From Escherichia phage vB_EcoM_G10400, in sequence record MK327937.1: DNA of 64,000 nt; one strand, written 5' to 3'. The position numbers and the translations under genes were made by a program. The notes under the pieces were generated by a model that was given only the letters and a program-made list of their open reading frames with translations, had not been told where the DNA came from and made no database searches. Of the stretch, positions 1-9,204 are shown piece after piece; positions within the stretch are counted from its first letter, which is position 1, and each line of letters begins with the position of its first letter.

Positions 1-80
1 ACATGGATAAAATGGCGGGTCGTTCAGATTTGTCTGTTTTATTAGGTGTTAAGCTACCAAAAATTATCATTGATGAATAA
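1..80 (+). CDS. 3' end of upstream late structural gene, probably head vertex protein gp24 (partial, runs off window start)
   Basis: Open frame 3 from window edge to TAA at 78-80; position immediately upstream of rnlB as in T4. Identity inferred from synteny only. Confidence 0.35.
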   Translation, partial: MDKMAGRSDLSVLLGVKLPKIIIDE

Positions 81-86
81 AACAAA

Positions 87-107
87 GGGACCTTTCGGTC
101 CCTTTTT
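87..107. terminator. Intrinsic terminator hairpin between convergent genes
   Basis: GGGACC-TTTC-GGTCCC stem-loop 87-102 followed by TTTTT; A-run on the other side allows bidirectional function. Confidence 0.6.
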
Positions 108-109
108 AT

Positions 110-1114
110 TTAACTTACCAATTCAATCCAAGCCGGACGAAGTACATCTTGTACCATTTTAACTAATTCCTTCTTAATCAAAGAAGGATTATCCGCTTGA
201 GTTAGAGTAATACCTTCACGAGAAGTTTCTTCCAAAATATCTTGAACCGTTAGTCCCATCACCTTTCCAAAATCTTTTGGACCAATTTCACCAATTTTAG
301 AAATAACGTTATTTACTCGGTTCAGTGTAACATAACAAGCTAAAATTCCCAGCAATTTATTATCAGCTTCTGACAACTCAACTTTAGCTTTAATAGGCTT
401 ATCAGACTTTTTCTTTTCACTAAATTTAGAGTTCTTGCATTTGATGGCTACACGATTGCGATTAGGCAGCCAAGAAGGATAACAAGGTTTCAATACATAT
501 CCTTCAGCGGTAAATACTTCGCCTTTTGCTTCAGCATTCCAAACGCATTTATTTGCATCAACTAATCCAGCATGGTCTACCGTAAAATTATAATCCTGTA
601 CGACAGAATCTAAATCATTTGGCAATTTAATAAGTTCTTCAAATTTACCACGACCTAAAAGTGGAGCCATTTTAAATTTAAATGTATTACAGAATGATTC
701 CATCATATAATCATCGACATAAATTACATCACCACTTTCTGTAGTAACAATAATGTCAAATACATAAAAATCTTTATCACCATAATCGACATTCTTCTGA
801 ATGCCAGGTCCGGCGAATTCACCAAAGACTTGATAAGATACAACCGCTGAAGTTTCCATAATATCTTGTACTGCTTTAATGGAATCAGCGTAATTCTTCA
901 AAATAATTTCATACCCAAAGAAATCTTCAGCAGGAAGAATAGGACCAGTTCGTTTAGCACAAGTTACTTTATCACGCTCAATAATCAATGAGAAATTTGT
1001 GCCGTGAATCTTTTCACGAGCTACCCATTCGCCGCCAGTCAATCCTAAACTGTAAAGTTTTTCAATAAATTTAGAGTTGTAATGATTTTCAAGACTGCTA
1101 TACTTTTTAAACAT
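110..1114 (-). CDS. rnlB: RNA ligase 2 (Rnl2)
   Basis: 334 aa; N-terminus [16 protein letters not shown] and KIHGTN adenylation motif match T4 Rnl2 as I recall it. Confidence 0.9.
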   Translation of the reverse strand: MFKKYSSLENHYNSKFIEKLYSLGLTGGEWVAREKIHGTNFSLIIERDKVTCAKRTGPILPAEDFFGYEIILKNYADSIKAVQDIMETSAVVSYQVFGEFAGPGIQKNVDYGDKDFYVFDIIVTTESGDVIYVDDYMMESFCNTFKFKMAPLLGRGKFEELIKLPNDLDSVVQDYNFTVDHAGLVDANKCVWNAEAKGEVFTAEGYVLKPCYPSWLPNRNRVAIKCKNSKFSEKKKSDKPIKAKVELSEADNKLLGILACYVTLNRVNNVISKIGEIGPKDFGKVMGLTVQDILEETSREGITLTQADNPSLIKKELVKMVQDVLRPAWIELVS

Positions 1115-1123
1115 AATTAATCC

Positions 1124-1402
1124 TCAAAATGTAATTTCTAACCAATCACCATCACGCTGATCACTATTGACTTTAAAGCTAAATCCTTCTTTTCTCAGCC
1201 AATCACCAATTTCTTCAGTAATCAATTTATCGCGAGCAGTACAATAATAACTAAAATATGTTTTACCTTGTTCAGCTGCTTTATTAGCAAGTTCCGAAAA
1301 ATCTTTAATAAAACACTCTAGCTTAAACTGTTTACTTTTAAGTGCTTTTTCGCGTAATCGATTAGCAAAAGATTCATTTTCATAAAGATCATACTGTTCC
1401 AT
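1124..1402 (-). CDS. Hypothetical small early protein (T4 24.2-like position)
   Basis: 92-aa ORF tightly packed downstream of rnlB on same strand. Confidence 0.55.
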   Translation of the reverse strand: MEQYDLYENESFANRLREKALKSKQFKLECFIKDFSELANKAAEQGKTYFSYYCTARDKLITEEIGDWLRKEGFSFKVNSDQRDGDWLEITF

Positions 1403-1405
1403 TTT

Positions 1406-1603
1406 TCACCTTTTATTAATATGTCTTTTTCTATAGACAACTTTTTCTCGAGTTTCAAATTTATTCTTAGCAGTCATAGCTCGAGCCCATAATACAGCCA
1501 CTTCTTTCGCCTGTAAGTTTAATTCACGAGCAATTTCAATGAATGACTTTCCAGACTCATGAAGAGTAAACACCACAACCTCAGTTCTCATAATCAATCT
1601 CAT
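1406..1603 (-). CDS. Hypothetical small protein, possible HTH (T4 24.3-like position)
   Basis: 65-aa ORF; start uncertain (internal Met possible). Confidence 0.45.
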   Translation of the reverse strand: MRLIMRTEVVVFTLHESGKSFIEIARELNLQAKEVAVLWARAMTAKNKFETREKVVYRKRHINKR

Positions 1604-1670
1604 GTTATCGAGTTGATGCCATTATATACATCATTTTCTGAGTATGTTTTGTGTGCTTTCAAAATGAAGA

Positions 1671-1688
1671 AAGGGGCCGAAGCCCCTT
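1671..1688 (-). terminator. Stem-loop with tetraloop downstream of hoc
   Basis: AAGGGGC-CGAA-GCCCCTT hairpin just 3' of hoc stop on minus strand. Confidence 0.5.
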
Positions 1689-1704
1689 ATGATTATGATT
1701 ATGA

Positions 1705-3123
1705 TTATGGATAGGTATAGATGATACCAGTTTCTAAAGCAGTTTTATGAATGATGTATCCATTGCGTGATTCTTGAACATCAACTTCTGGATAGTCTTT
1801 CATCATCTTCTGAAGAGTGTAACGATGCAGGTAGTATTTACTGTCTGGATCTTCAGTTTTCCAATCTTTACCTTCTTCGGTCATTTTTTGGATTTCATCC
1901 ATAACCCACCAACCGCACCAGATATAAGCTGAAGTACGATGTGGAAGAGGATGAACATAAGGTAATTCACCTTCTGGCTCTGGAGCAACTTTATCAGTTA
2001 CCTGAACTTGACCTTCCGCCGTAATAGTTTTGCTATCATAATCAGTTGCAGTAACGACAGCAGTAACTTCAATAGTTTGACTTCCAATAGATGAGGTATC
2101 AACGGTATATACATTAGTTGACCCTTCTACAGGAGAAGAATCTTTCTTCCATGAATACGCAATTTGCGCTTCTTCTGGAGCATCAGTGACATTAGCAGTA
2201 AATGTAGCCGAAGCATCTTGTTGAACGTTAATAGAAGGAGGAGTCAATGTAACCTGTGGATTCATTGTCTTCTTATTAACTGTTAATGATACTTCATTCG
2301 AAGTAACTTCCTTTTCATTGTAATTTTCAGCAGTTACTTGGGCTACGCATTTAATTCTTTTTACTCCACTTGTAGTAGGAGTATAGCTAAATGTAGCGTT
2401 AGTTGCTTCACCCACAGGAGAATCATCTACATACCACTGATACGTAGCAGATGCCCCATCAGGTTGAGAAGCTAAGGCAGCAGTAAATTCAACGGCTGTT
2501 CCAATCACTCCAGCTGGAGGACTATCAGGAGTTACTGCCAAGGTAGTCGTCTGCGTCTTTTTATTAACAGTCAATGATACTTCATTAGAAGTAACGCTTA
2601 GTGCATCATAATCTGCCGCAGTTACTTGAGCTACACACTTGATTTTTTTAACTCCGCTTGTGTCAGGAGTGTAATTGAATGTAGCGTCAGTTGCTTCGTC
2701 TACAGGAGAACCGTCAACGTGCCATTGATACGTAGCGTTTGCACCTGATGGCTGTGAAGCTAAGGCAGCGGTAAATTCAATTGGAGTTCCAATCACTCCA
2801 GCATCAGGGCTACCAGGAGTTACAGCTAAAGTAGTTGTTTGTGTCTTATTTTGAACTGTGATAGTTGTACTAATTTCTGCTGTTTCAGGTTCAGATTCTG
2901 CAACTTGATTGGTTGCAACTACTTTAATAGTCTTTTGACCGGCAGGTCCTTTTAGTACATAACTAAAAGTTGCTGACGTTTCTTCCTGTGGAGCGTCGTC
3001 TACAGTCCAAGCATATGTAATAGGTCCATCTCCAGTTTGACCACTGGGTGTAGCAGTAAACTGCTGAGTCTGATCTATAACTCCAGTAGGTGTTTTAGGA
3101 GTTATATCAACTGTAAAAGCCAT
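1705..3123 (-). CDS. hoc: Highly immunogenic outer capsid protein Hoc, 472 aa, with five rather than four domains
   Basis: C-terminal capsid-binding block YIWCGWWVMDEIQKMTEEGKDWKTEDPDSKYYLHRYTLQKMMKDYPEV matches T4 Hoc; N-terminal Ig-like repeats; an extra ~96-aa repeat relative to the 376-aa T4 Hoc I recall. Confidence 0.9.
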   Translation of the reverse strand: MAFTVDITPKTPTGVIDQTQQFTATPSGQTGDGPITYAWTVDDAPQEETSATFSYVLKGPAGQKTIKVVATNQVAESEPETAEISTTITVQNKTQTTTLAVTPGSPDAGVIGTPIEFTAALASQPSGANATYQWHVDGSPVDEATDATFNYTPDTSGVKKIKCVAQVTAADYDALSVTSNEVSLTVNKKTQTTTLAVTPDSPPAGVIGTAVEFTAALASQPDGASATYQWYVDDSPVGEATNATFSYTPTTSGVKRIKCVAQVTAENYNEKEVTSNEVSLTVNKKTMNPQVTLTPPSINVQQDASATFTANVTDAPEEAQIAYSWKKDSSPVEGSTNVYTVDTSSIGSQTIEVTAVVTATDYDSKTITAEGQVQVTDKVAPEPEGELPYVHPLPHRTSAYIWCGWWVMDEIQKMTEEGKDWKTEDPDSKYYLHRYTLQKMMKDYPEVDVQESRNGYIIHKTALETGIIYTYP

Positions 3124-3132
3124 AAGTTATCC

Positions 3133-3813
3133 TTATTTTAATGTTACGAAAGAAGAATTACGTGTTTCACGAATTAGAACTGATCCGTCACGATTAATGT
3201 AGTAAATTAAGCTAAATAAAGTTTGGTGTGCCGACGCATGTTCAAAACTAGTTGGGTGAGATTTCCAATCTGGGGTTTCAGCAATCCATTGATAAATCCA
3301 CCAAGGAACAGTGCAGAATCCTGGATTTTTTCCAATCAGCTGAAGATTCGGACTAAAGTTTTCCGGAAGAGTAAATACAGACGGCTTTTCGGATTCAATA
3401 ATCTCAGCTACAGCCTGTTCGAATTTTTCTTCAACAAAAGGAGTATCTTCAATTAAAACAGTGGTATTTTCAGGAATTTTATCCGTTTCTACTACTTCAA
3501 TTTTAATGTCAGATTTAACCGGAGAATCAATCAGAAGTGCTGCCTCTGGATTGACTTCTTCATCGTCATATTTTAATCCGTCTGCGGCATCAGCAGCATC
3601 AATTAAGTCTTTAATAGATAACCCATCAGTCTCTGGCATAGGTTCACTAGCGAGCTTCTGGAGAGCTTCTTCAATATCATTAACGATATTATCAAAAGAT
3701 TTATTCTTTTTGACCTTTATACCAAACTGTTCAGCATATTCAGCTAATTTAGCTTTAGCTTCTTTATTATCATCAAGAGCCTTCAGCTCTGCAATATAAT
3801 CTTTATCTATCAT
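3133..3813 (-). CDS. inh: Inhibitor of prohead protease gp21 (Inh)
   Basis: 226 aa, position between hoc and segE as in T4; start ATG at 3811-3813 lies inside the duplicated 55-bp block so the true start context is ambiguous. Confidence 0.7.
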   Translation of the reverse strand: MIDKDYIAELKALDDNKEAKAKLAEYAEQFGIKVKKNKSFDNIVNDIEEALQKLASEPMPETDGLSIKDLIDAADAADGLKYDDEEVNPEAALLIDSPVKSDIKIEVVETDKIPENTTVLIEDTPFVEEKFEQAVAEIIESEKPSVFTLPENFSPNLQLIGKNPGFCTVPWWIYQWIAETPDWKSHPTSFEHASAHQTLFSLIYYINRDGSVLIRETRNSSFVTLK

Positions 3814-3835
3814 AATATTTCCTCAGTATAAATAT
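3781..3835. repeat. 55-bp direct repeat, copy 1 (flank of inserted adapter)
   Basis: Identical to 3958-4012 (cttcagctctgcaatataatctttatctatcataatatttcctcagtataaatat). Confidence 0.95.
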
Positions 3836-3901
3836 CTGTCTCTTATACACATCTCCGAGCCCACGAGACCGTACTAGATCTCGTATGCCGTCTTCTGCTT
3901 G
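3836..3901 (+). other. Illumina Nextera adapter read-through (mosaic end + read 2 adapter + 8-nt i7 index + P7), non-biological
   Basis: CTGTCTCTTATACACATCTCCGAGCCCACGAGAC (3836-3869), CGTACTAG (3870-3877), ATCTCGTATGCCGTCTTCTGCTTG (3878-3901) read directly in the sequence. Confidence 0.95.
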
Positions 3902-4012
<111 letters not shown>

Positions 4013-4039
4013 AGATATATTTATTACTCGGAAAATAGT

Positions 4040-4657
4040 ATGTACCACTTTGTATATGAAACAACAAATCTAATAAATGGTAAAAAGTATATAGGAAAAC
4101 ACTCTACTGATGACTTGAATGATGGTTACCTTGGTTCCGGTAAGGCAATTCAGCAGGCTATAAAGAAATATGGTGAAAACAATTTCTCTAGAACAATACT
4201 AAAAGAGTTTAAAACTTCCGAAGAAGCGTACATGTATGAAGAAGAAATTATAACTCCTGAAATAATAAAAAGCAAAAATTATTATAATATGAAACCTGGT
4301 GGAATTGGTGGAATTGTTATGACTACAGAGGTTATAGCAAAGATGAAAGAATCTTCCGCTAAGAGATTTGAAAACTCACCGGGCACGGTATTAGGTACAA
4401 CTTGTTACACTAATGGAACTAAAAATATTTTTATTAAACCTGGAGAACTTGTTCCAGAAGGATTTGTAAAAGGAATGGTTCATCCTAATAGAAAGTCCAG
4501 AAAAGGATGTAAAGTCAAACCGACTACCACAGGAACTTTTTGGGTCAATAACGGTGCAATAAATAAATTAATACAACCAGACGGTATTATTCCCGACGGA
4601 TTTATTAAAGGTCGTCTCATGAAAAGAGATTCTAAAGGCAAATTTAGTAAGGCATAA
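4040..4657 (+). CDS. segE: GIY-YIG homing endonuclease SegE
   Basis: 205 aa; N-terminal GIY-YIG module (YIGKHS ... GYLGSG); located between inh and uvsW where T4 segE sits. Confidence 0.75.
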   Translation: MYHFVYETTNLINGKKYIGKHSTDDLNDGYLGSGKAIQQAIKKYGENNFSRTILKEFKTSEEAYMYEEEIITPEIIKSKNYYNMKPGGIGGIVMTTEVIAKMKESSAKRFENSPGTVLGTTCYTNGTKNIFIKPGELVPEGFVKGMVHPNRKSRKGCKVKPTTTGTFWVNNGAINKLIQPDGIIPDGFIKGRLMKRDSKGKFSKA

Positions 4658-4659
4658 TT

Positions 4660-6168
4660 ATGGATATTAAAGTACATTTTCACGACTTCAGCCATGTACG
4701 CATCGATTGTGAAGAGAGCACGTTCCACGAATTAAGAGATTTCTTTTCGTTTGAGGCCGATGGATATAGATTTAATCCTCGCTTCAGATATGGCAACTGG
4801 GATGGACGAATCCGTCTTTTAGATTATAATCGTCTTCTTCCATTTGGCTTAGTCGGGCAAATTAAAAAGTTCTGTGATAACTTTGGCTATAAAGCCTGGA
4901 TTGACCCACAAATTAACGAAAAAGAAGAATTATCAAGAAAAGATTTTGATGAATGGCTTTCTAAATTAGAAATCTATTCAGGAAATAAAAGAATTGAACC
5001 GCATTGGTATCAAAAAGATGCAGTGTTCGAAGGATTAGTTAATCGTCGTAGAATTCTTAATCTTCCAACATCCGCTGGTAAATCTTTAATTCAAGCTTTG
5101 CTTGCGCGATATTATTTGGAAAATTATGAAGGCAAAATTCTTATCATTGTTCCAACAACTGCTCTGACAACTCAGATGGCTGATGACTTTGTTGACTATC
5201 GTTTATTCAGTCATGCAATGATAAAGAAAATCGGCGGTGGAGCATCAAAAGATGATAAATATAAAAATGATGCACCGGTCGTTGTTGGTACATGGCAAAC
5301 TGTAGTTAAACAACCAAAAGAATGGTTCTCACAGTTTGGAATGATGATGAATGATGAATGCCATCTTGCTACAGGAAAAAGTATTTCATCTATCATATCA
5401 GGTTTAAATAACTGTATGTTTAAATTTGGTCTATCTGGTTCATTACGTGATGGCAAAGCCAATATCATGCAGTATGTTGGAATGTTTGGTGAAATATTTA
5501 AGCCAGTAACGACTTCTAAGTTAATGGAAGATGGACAAGTAACTGAGCTAAAAATTAATAGTATTTTTCTTCGCTATCCCGATGAGTTCACTACTAAATT
5601 AAAGGGAAAAACTTATCAAGAAGAAATAAAAATTATTACTGGGCTTAGTAAAAGAAATAAATGGATCGCTAAATTAGCTATTAAGCTTGCGCAAAAAGAT
5701 GAAAACGCTTTTGTCATGTTTAAACATGTATCACATGGTAAAGCTATTTTCGATTTAATTAAAAATGAATACGATAAAGTTTATTACGTATCAGGGGAAG
5801 TTGATACCGAAACCCGCAATATAATGAAAACCTTAGCTGAAAATGGTAAAGGAATAATTATAGTAGCTAGTTATGGTGTATTTTCTACTGGTATTTCAGT
5901 TAAAAATCTGCATCACGTTGTTTTAGCGCACGGTGTTAAATCAAAAATCATTGTATTACAAACAATCGGTCGTGTATTACGTAAGCATGGTTCTAAGACA
6001 ATAGCAACCGTCTGGGACCTCATAGATGATTGTGGCGTTAAGCCAAAATCTGCTAATACGAAAAAGAAATATGTTCATTTGAACTATCTTTTAAAACACG
6101 GCATTGATCGTATTCAGCGCTACGCAGATGAAAAATTTAATTACGTAATGAAAACAGTTAATTTATAA
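4660..6168 (+). CDS. uvsW: UvsW RNA-DNA and DNA helicase
   Basis: 502 aa; SF2 helicase motifs (PTSAGKS Walker A, DECH box); synteny. Confidence 0.9.
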   Translation: MDIKVHFHDFSHVRIDCEESTFHELRDFFSFEADGYRFNPRFRYGNWDGRIRLLDYNRLLPFGLVGQIKKFCDNFGYKAWIDPQINEKEELSRKDFDEWLSKLEIYSGNKRIEPHWYQKDAVFEGLVNRRRILNLPTSAGKSLIQALLARYYLENYEGKILIIVPTTALTTQMADDFVDYRLFSHAMIKKIGGGASKDDKYKNDAPVVVGTWQTVVKQPKEWFSQFGMMMNDECHLATGKSISSIISGLNNCMFKFGLSGSLRDGKANIMQYVGMFGEIFKPVTTSKLMEDGQVTELKINSIFLRYPDEFTTKLKGKTYQEEIKIITGLSKRNKWIAKLAIKLAQKDENAFVMFKHVSHGKAIFDLIKNEYDKVYYVSGEVDTETRNIMKTLAENGKGIIIVASYGVFSTGISVKNLHHVVLAHGVKSKIIVLQTIGRVLRKHGSKTIATVWDLIDDCGVKPKSANTKKKYVHLNYLLKHGIDRIQRYADEKFNYVMKTVNL

Positions 6169-6193
6169 GGGCTTCGGCCCTTTGGAGAAAAAG

Positions 6194-6424
6194 ATGTTAC
6201 TAGAATTTAAACAATTTCTTTATGAAGCTTCTATTGATGAATTTATGGGTAAAATTGCCTCTTGTCAAACATTAGAAGGTTTAGAAGAACTTGAAGCTTA
6301 TTATAAGAAAAGAGTTAAAGAAACTGAATTAAAAGATACTGATGACATCTCTGTGAGAGATGCTTTGGCAGGAAAAAGAGCTGAATTAGAAGATTCAGAT
6401 GATGAAGTAGAAGAAAGCTTTTAA
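6194..6424 (+). CDS. uvsW.1: UvsW.1 small acidic protein
   Basis: ATG at 6194 preceded by GGAG; ORF track start at 6182 is a TTG; 76 aa as in T4. Confidence 0.7.
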   Translation: MLLEFKQFLYEASIDEFMGKIASCQTLEGLEELEAYYKKRVKETELKDTDDISVRDALAGKRAELEDSDDEVEESF

Positions 6425-6479
6425 ATTAAAAAAGGCCCAACCAAAAAGGAAGGGCCAAAACTATAGACTAAAGGTCACA

Positions 6480-6647
6480 CTATAGCAAAAGTTGTGTTTC
6501 ATTTAATTGTTCTTCCGAACTTTCTGAAACTGGTAGTTCTTTAATGTAATTATAGCAAGGCCCAGGATGTACAGGACCTTTGTCTGTTTCAACAACCAAT
6601 GCAGAATCGATTGGAGTTTTACAGACAACACAAATCTTATCTGACAT
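6480..6647 (-). CDS. Unlisted 55-aa ORF with Cys-rich zinc-ribbon-like motifs (uvsY-region small gene)
   Basis: ATG 6645-6647 preceded by AGAGGAG; MSDKICVVCKTP...PGPCYNY; below ORF-track size cutoff. Confidence 0.45.
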   Translation of the reverse strand: MSDKICVVCKTPIDSALVVETDKGPVHPGPCYNYIKELPVSESSEEQLNETQLLL

Positions 6648-6675
6648 GATTGTCTCCTCTGAATTATATATCTAT

Positions 6676-6900
6676 TTATACAACTCTCATATGCATATCA
6701 ATGCCCATATCTTTAGAATAAAAATATTCATCAAGATATCCAGCAAATTTTCCTTTAATATAAAGGACATCTTCACCACACGGGTGGTCGGCCAGGATAC
6801 GAATATCCTGACGCTTAAGATTATACTTTTTCATTAAGAATTGAATCTCAGTTTCAAATTCTTCTTCATAATTAAAAGCATCATCAATGCTATATCTCAT
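6676..6900 (-). CDS. Hypothetical small protein downstream of uvsY
   Basis: 74-aa ORF; its start overlaps the uvsY stop. Confidence 0.55.
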   Translation of the reverse strand: MRYSIDDAFNYEEEFETEIQFLMKKYNLKRQDIRILADHPCGEDVLYIKGKFAGYLDEYFYSKDMGIDMHMRVV

Positions 6901-7313
6901 TATTTTCCAGCCTCAAATGCTCGCATGTCTTGAATGTGCTTAATAGCAAATCCACGTGATTTAATAGCATCAAGAGCTCCGCTACAGAAATCTAATAAAA
7001 TCCCCCAATACTGTAACGAGGTATCAACCTTTAAAACATCCTTATCAGCTGATAGAACTGTCTTCATTTCTGATTTCTCGTAACGATCCATACTAAATTC
7101 ATCACCATCTCCTCGTCCCGAGTAGTAGTCTAATTTAGCTTTAAGAGCAACTTTCTTTTGCGCGTCAATTCTAAGCATTTCCTTTTTAATACTTGAATGC
7201 TTATTAAGCCATTTACTATATAACATCACATTATTAGCTGCTTCATACTGTAATTTAGTCGAATCTATAAACACATCTTTCTTCAATTCTTCTTGAAGAT
7301 CTTCTAATCTCAT
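6900..7313 (-). CDS. uvsY: Recombination mediator UvsY
   Basis: 137 aa; matches T4 UvsY length and position. Confidence 0.9.
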   Translation of the reverse strand: MRLEDLQEELKKDVFIDSTKLQYEAANNVMLYSKWLNKHSSIKKEMLRIDAQKKVALKAKLDYYSGRGDGDEFSMDRYEKSEMKTVLSADKDVLKVDTSLQYWGILLDFCSGALDAIKSRGFAIKHIQDMRAFEAGK

Positions 7314-7353
7314 ATTGTTCTCTATTCAATTGTTATTGGATGGACTTAGATTC

Positions 7354-7380
7354 ATTATACCACGTTTTAACGTGAAGCAT
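7354..7380 (-). promoter_or_regulatory. Candidate MotA-dependent middle promoter for uvsY
   Basis: On minus strand ATGCTTCA (MotA-box-like, 7373-7380), 13-nt spacer, then TATAAT (7354-7359) with upstream TG. Confidence 0.45.
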
Positions 7381-7778
7381 TATACTCTATTACTAGAAGC
7401 CAGTTGCAGTTTTATCTGCTCAATATCATCAGGGTTATCGATGACCGAAAAACGTATTTCTACTATCAGAGTATAATCATCATAAACGGGTATCACATTA
7501 ACTGCTAATTTATCAATACGTGGCTCATAGTTTCTTACTGCGCTTTCGATATTACGCTCAACTGTGTCAGCAGTAAGAGGAGTCATATTTTCAAAAAGCT
7601 GGTCTGATAAATCACATCCAAATTCAGGGTCAAACGGTCTTGAACCTTTTCTTGTTGTAATAATTCCCAAAAGACTGTTTTTAATTGACCTTAATCCAAG
7701 TGATCTGGAAACGTCTTTGTTCCAATCCATTTTCATTTCCGGGTCAATGTCAGAATAAAGCTTATTAATATTTGACAT
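7380..7778 (-). CDS. 25: Baseplate wedge protein gp25
   Basis: 132 aa; synteny and length match T4 gp25. Confidence 0.85.
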   Translation of the reverse strand: MSNINKLYSDIDPEMKMDWNKDVSRSLGLRSIKNSLLGIITTRKGSRPFDPEFGCDLSDQLFENMTPLTADTVERNIESAVRNYEPRIDKLAVNVIPVYDDYTLIVEIRFSVIDNPDDIEQIKLQLASSNRV

Positions 7779-8404
7779 TATAGTAACTCAAAGAACTCTT
7801 TGAGGCCTCTTATTACGTGAGCATGGGTTTTTCCACACTCTGGACACTTAATTGGAACAGCCAAATAAACAGTAGGCTTTAAAAGCATATCTTTTATAGC
7901 TACAATATCTGACTCTGTGATGATAGAATATAAATCTTCCAGTTCTTTTTCATTTAAGTCTTCAACTGGAATGCTTTCCCCGTTAGCATGAATCGTTTCT
8001 ATACATGATACTATCATGTGGGCTATATTTTTATCATCAAAAATTTTAGGGTATCGGAATTTAATTTTAATGTCACCCAGTGTATACCAGAGGTCTTCTG
8101 GTGCATCTATTTGTGTATGTAATAGATTTATATGGGTTGGTATTTCAGTTCCACAGGTGCACTTCCAGGAGTTTTCGTGATTAACTTCACCGAGAGAATG
8201 TGCCCATAAATGAATCAACAATAGTTCTGATTCTTGGCGGTTTAAATCTTTTGCATTTGTGCAGTCTTTGATTAGCTTTTTAACAATTACTTCTACGGAA
8301 CCATTATTTTTGGCAGTAATAAGTTCTAGATATTCTTTAAGCGTGAATGCGCGACAATTGATTATTTTAGAACCAACTCTCACATCAAATTTGTATTCAT
8401 ACAT
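7778..8404 (-). CDS. 26: Baseplate hub protein gp26
   Basis: 208 aa; synteny and length match T4 gp26. Confidence 0.8.
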   Translation of the reverse strand: MYEYKFDVRVGSKIINCRAFTLKEYLELITAKNNGSVEVIVKKLIKDCTNAKDLNRQESELLLIHLWAHSLGEVNHENSWKCTCGTEIPTHINLLHTQIDAPEDLWYTLGDIKIKFRYPKIFDDKNIAHMIVSCIETIHANGESIPVEDLNEKELEDLYSIITESDIVAIKDMLLKPTVYLAVPIKCPECGKTHAHVIRGLKEFFELL

Positions 8405-8425
8405 ATTTAGCTCCTTTATTTATCA

Positions 8426-8437
8426 TATTTATAAATA
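8426..8437. promoter_or_regulatory. Overlapping divergent late promoter cores for genes 26 and 51
   Basis: TATTTATAAATA reads TATAAATA on plus (8430-8437) and on minus (8426-8433); sits between the divergent starts at 8404 and 8455. Confidence 0.5.
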
Positions 8438-8454
8438 GAATAAAAGGAGCATCT

Positions 8455-9204
8455 ATGGCAAACATTATTCGTTGTAAATTACCAGATGGTGTTCATCGTT
8501 TTAAACCATTTACGGTAGAAGATTATCGAGATTTTTTGTTAGTTCGAAACGATATAGAACATCGGTCACCGCAAGAACAAAAAGAAATAATTACTGATTT
8601 AATTGATGATTATTTTGGAGACTATCCGAAGACTTGGCAACCATTTATATTTTTGCAGGTATTTGTAGGGTCGATAGGTAAAACTAAAGTACCGGTCACA
8701 TTTGTATGTCCAAAATGTAAAAAAGAAAAGACAGTTCCATTTGAAATATACCAAAAAGAATTAAAGGAACCTGTTTTTGATGTAGCTAATGTTAAAATTA
8801 AATTAAAGTTTCCTTCTGAGTTTTATGAAAATAAAGCAAAGATGATTACTGAAAATATTCATTCTGTCCAAGTAGATGAAATATGGTATGATTGGAAGGA
8901 AATTAGTGAATCAAGCCAAATAGAACTTGTTGATGCCATCGAGATAGAAACATTAGAAAAAATTCTCGATGCAATGAATCCTATTAATTTAACTCTACAT
9001 ATGTCATGCTGTAATAAGTACATTAAAAAATACACTGATATAGTAGATGTGTTTAAGCTATTAGTTAACCCAGATGAAATATTTACTTTTTATCAAATTA
9101 ATCACACACTCGTAAAAAGTAATTATAGCTTAAATTCAATAATGAAAATGATTCCTGCCGAGCGCGGATTCGTATTAAAACTGATTGAGAAGGATAAACA
9201 ATAA
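8455..9204 (+). CDS. 51: Baseplate hub assembly catalyst gp51
   Basis: 249 aa; synteny. Confidence 0.8.
   Translation: MANIIRCKLPDGVHRFKPFTVEDYRDFLLVRNDIEHRSPQEQKEIITDLIDDYFGDYPKTWQPFIFLQVFVGSIGKTKVPVTFVCPKCKKEKTVPFEIYQKELKEPVFDVANVKIKLKFPSEFYENKAKMITENIHSVQVDEIWYDWKEISESSQIELVDAIEIETLEKILDAMNPINLTLHMSCCNKYIKKYTDIVDVFKLLVNPDEIFTFYQINHTLVKSNYSLNSIMKMIPAERGFVLKLIEKDKQ

Noticed and set aside
2270-2847. Hoc tandem repeat as an assembly duplication artifact
   Set aside because: The two copies differ at many nucleotide positions and about one fifth of residues, which assembly artifacts would not produce.
3223-3799. Plus-strand ORFs of 77 and 112 aa inside inh
   Set aside because: Entirely antisense to the well-supported inh gene, low-complexity translations, no SD; typical shadow ORFs.
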